Positions 39,408-41,644 of a stretch of 41,644 nucleotides of DNA are shown in pieces (the stretch's first letter is position 1; the number at the start of each line of letters is the position of its first letter). Position numbers and translations under genes: made by a program. Source of the DNA: an uncultured Comamonadaceae bacterium. Lineage in GTDB: Bacteria; Pseudomonadota; Gammaproteobacteria; Burkholderiales; Burkholderiaceae_C. The notes under the pieces are model-generated. The model did not search any database and had not been told where the DNA came from. It was given only the letters and a program-made list of their open reading frames with translations. Location of the stretch: positions 1 through 41,644 of the forward strand of contig CALMCS010000649.1 in assembly GCA_937862875.1 (NCBI GenBank). The letters are read 5' to 3'.

Positions 39408-39916
39408 ATTTCCCCCACCTGTAAATCAGTGGCAATGAAAAAAGTATATCGAGATTAATTTTCCAATTGATGGGGGCTAACATCTCGCAACGATTCTTCT
39501 ACCATTGGATGACATTTGTTAACCATCCAATCGAGTTACAGATAACTTAAAAACACACGATTTGCTTGCAGTCAAGGCAAAACTAAGCAGGAATGCCAAT
39601 TGTTTTGAGACCGCAAACAAATGAAAAAAAGGAGCAAAGTGAGGCCCGTAGCGCGCTGCACGGACTTTGTTCGATAGTTGGAATCGCTATGCGCGACCCC
39701 ATTCACCAATTGTTACCCGACGTTTCTTACCTATTGGTGAAACCCCTGAGGTCAATGCTGTTTCCTAGATCGCTGACAACTGCCAACTGCGCGCTGGTCA
39801 AGGACATGCCCGGGTGGCTATGATCCAACGCTTTGAACGTAGAAGCAATGGCCTTTGTGCCAAGTTTCCATCTGACCTCAGCGTCCCCCTCCCCACACCC
39901 CCAATCAAGAAAATCA

Positions 39917-41644
39917 ATGTCCGCTGGACTCAATCTGGCTCAACTCCAAGCCGTCCATTACACGGAAGGCCCCTGCCTGGTACTTGCCGGCGCGGGCTCT
40001 GGCAAGACGCGCGTGATCACGCACAAGATCGGCCGGCTGATTGAGCAAGGCATGGCGCCCAAGCGCATTGCCGCCATCACGTTTACCAACAAGGCCGCCG
40101 CCGAAATGCGCGAGCGCGCCGCCGGCCTGATCGGCCGACAGGCGCGCGAAGTGCTGGTCTGCACCTTCCACGCGCTGGGCGTGCGCATGGTGCGCGAAGA
40201 CGGCCACGCGCTGGGTCTCAAGCCGCAGTTCAGCATTCTGGACTCCGACGATGTCACGGGCATCATCAAGGACTGCGCGGGCGGAACCACCGACGCGGCC
40301 ACCGCACGCCAATGGCAGTGGACGATCAGCAGCTGGAAGAACAACGGCTGGGACGCCCGCAAGGCGCTGGCCATGGCGCAGGACGACAGCGAGCGCAGCA
40401 TTGCGCTCATCATGCAGCGCTATGAAGAGCGGCTCTCCGCCTACCAGAGCGTGGACTTTGACGACCTCATCGGCATGCCGATGCGGCTGCTCAAGCACCA
40501 CCCGGAAGTGCGCGAGAAATGGCAGCGCCAGCTCGGCCATGTGCTGGTCGACGAATACCAGGACACCAACGCCACACAGTACGACCTGCTGAAGATGCTG
40601 GTCGGCGACCGCGCGCACCTCACCGCCGTGGGTGACGACGACCAATCGATTTACGGCTGGCGCGGCGCCACGCTCGACAACCTGAAGAAGCTGCCGCTCG
40701 ACTTCCCGCAGCTCAAGATCATCAAGCTGGAGCAGAACTACCGCTCCACCTCGGCCATCCTGCGCGCGGCCAACAACGTGATTCAGCCGAATCCCAAGCT
40801 GTTCCCCAAAACGCTGTTCTCCGAACTCGGCGAGGGCGAGCCGGTGCGCATCGTCGATTGCGATACCGAGGAACACGAGGCCGAGCGCATCGTGGCGCGC
40901 ATTCAAAGCCTGCGCGCCACCGCCAATCCGCAGCCCGCGTGGAAGGACTTTGCGGTGCTGTACCGCGCCAACCACCAGGCCAAGCCGATCGAAAAGGCGC
41001 TGCGCAAGCTGAGCATTCCCTACAAGGTATCGGGCGGCACGAGCTTCTTCGACCGCGCCGAAATCAAGGACCTGTGCGCCTGGTTCCGCCTGTGGATCAA
41101 CAACGACGACGATCCGGCTTTCCTGCGCGCCATCACCACCCCCAAGCGCGGCATCGGTCACACGACGCTGGGCAAGCTGGGCGAGTTTTCGGGGCAGCAC
41201 AAGCTGAGCATGTTCGGCTCGCTGTTCAACCACATGCTGGGCGCAATGTTGCCGCGCAAGGCGCATGAAAGCCTGCTGGAGTTCGGCCGCTACATCAACT
41301 ACCTGGAATACAAGGCGCGCGGCACCATGGGCATGGACAGCTCGCGCGAGTTCATGCTCGAGTGGCTCAAGGAGATCGGCTACGAGCAGTACCTCTACGA
41401 GAGCGAAGACAGCGAAAGCGTGGCTGCGGCCCGCTGGACCAACGTGCTCGAGTTCTGCGACTGGATGGTGCAGCGCGCGGGCGGCAAGATCGAAGACGCC
41501 GCCGGCACCACCATGCAGACCGAGACCAAGAGCCTGCTCGAAGTGGCCAAGAACATTGCGCTGCTCTCCACCATCAGCGAACGCCAACAAGAGCAAGACA
41601 TGGTCGTGCTCTCCACGCTGCACGCCTCCAAGGGCCTGGAGTGG
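39917..41644 (+). CDS. rep: ATP-dependent DNA helicase Rep/UvrD family, truncated by the window end
   Basis: Not in the ORF track because there is no stop in the window. Translated by hand from ATG 39917: MSAGLNLAQLQAV, LVLAGAGSGKTRVIT, AITFTNKAAAEMRER, LVDEYQDTN, VGDDDQSIYGWRGA, LEQNYRS, LYRANHQ, STLHASKGLEW. Confidence 0.93.
   Translation, partial: MSAGLNLAQLQAVHYTEGPCLVLAGAGSGKTRVITHKIGRLIEQGMAPKRIAAITFTNKAAAEMRERAAGLIGRQAREVLVCTFHALGVRMVREDGHALGLKPQFSILDSDDVTGIIKDCAGGTTDAATARQWQWTISSWKNNGWDARKALAMAQDDSERSIALIMQRYEERLSAYQSVDFDDLIGMPMRLLKHHPEVREKWQRQLGHVLVDEYQDTNATQYDLLKMLVGDRAHLTAVGDDDQSIYGWRGATLDNLKKLPLDFPQLKIIKLEQNYRSTSAILRAANNVIQPNPKLFPKTLFSELGEGEPVRIVDCDTEEHEAERIVARIQSLRATANPQPAWKDFAVLYRANHQAKPIEKALRKLSIPYKVSGGTSFFDRAEIKDLCAWFRLWINNDDDPAFLRAITTPKRGIGHTTLGKLGEFSGQHKLSMFGSLFNHMLGAMLPRKAHESLLEFGRYINYLEYKARGTMGMDSSREFMLEWLKEIGYEQYLYESEDSESVAAARWTNVLEFCDWMVQRAGGKIEDAAGTTMQTETKSLLEVAKNIALLSTISERQQEQDMVVLSTLHASKGLEW

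Noticed and set aside
39914-41623. 569-aa minus-strand ORF in the track
   Set aside because: Shadow of the real plus-strand rep helicase, which the track missed because it has no stop in the window.

Overview
High-GC betaproteobacterial chromosomal window; protein style and gene order suggest Comamonadaceae (inference). It is mostly core and metabolic genes. In order: uup (ABC-F); a chemotaxis operon (CheZ-like ORF, cheY, cheA, cheW, cheR, cheD, cheB; no MCP); a MocR regulator divergent from lysE, a PLP aminotransferase, GST, phzF-like, VOC, a Thr/Ser dehydratase and a His-phosphatase; PaaI thioesterase; creatininase; MATE; Bug/TctC; dsbD; nhaA preceded by a probable nhaA-I (Li+-I) riboswitch; a GGDEF protein; CoA-binding protein, metY and a hypothetical; hemE; priA; an M48 protease-pilin fusion; ansB; an AEC transporter; a four-gene small-GTPase/Roadblock operon; and the 5' part of a Rep/UvrD helicase that the ORF track missed. 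The most interesting signals are (1) the hemE-priA intergenic region, with two identically spaced IHF-site/DnaA-box modules (oriC or a datA/DARS-like replication-control element); (2) the MglA-like GTPase with two Roadblock proteins and a pseudo-receiver/wHTH protein; and (3) the M48 protease fused to a type IV pilin domain. I saw no CRISPR array, IS element, rRNA or complete tRNA.
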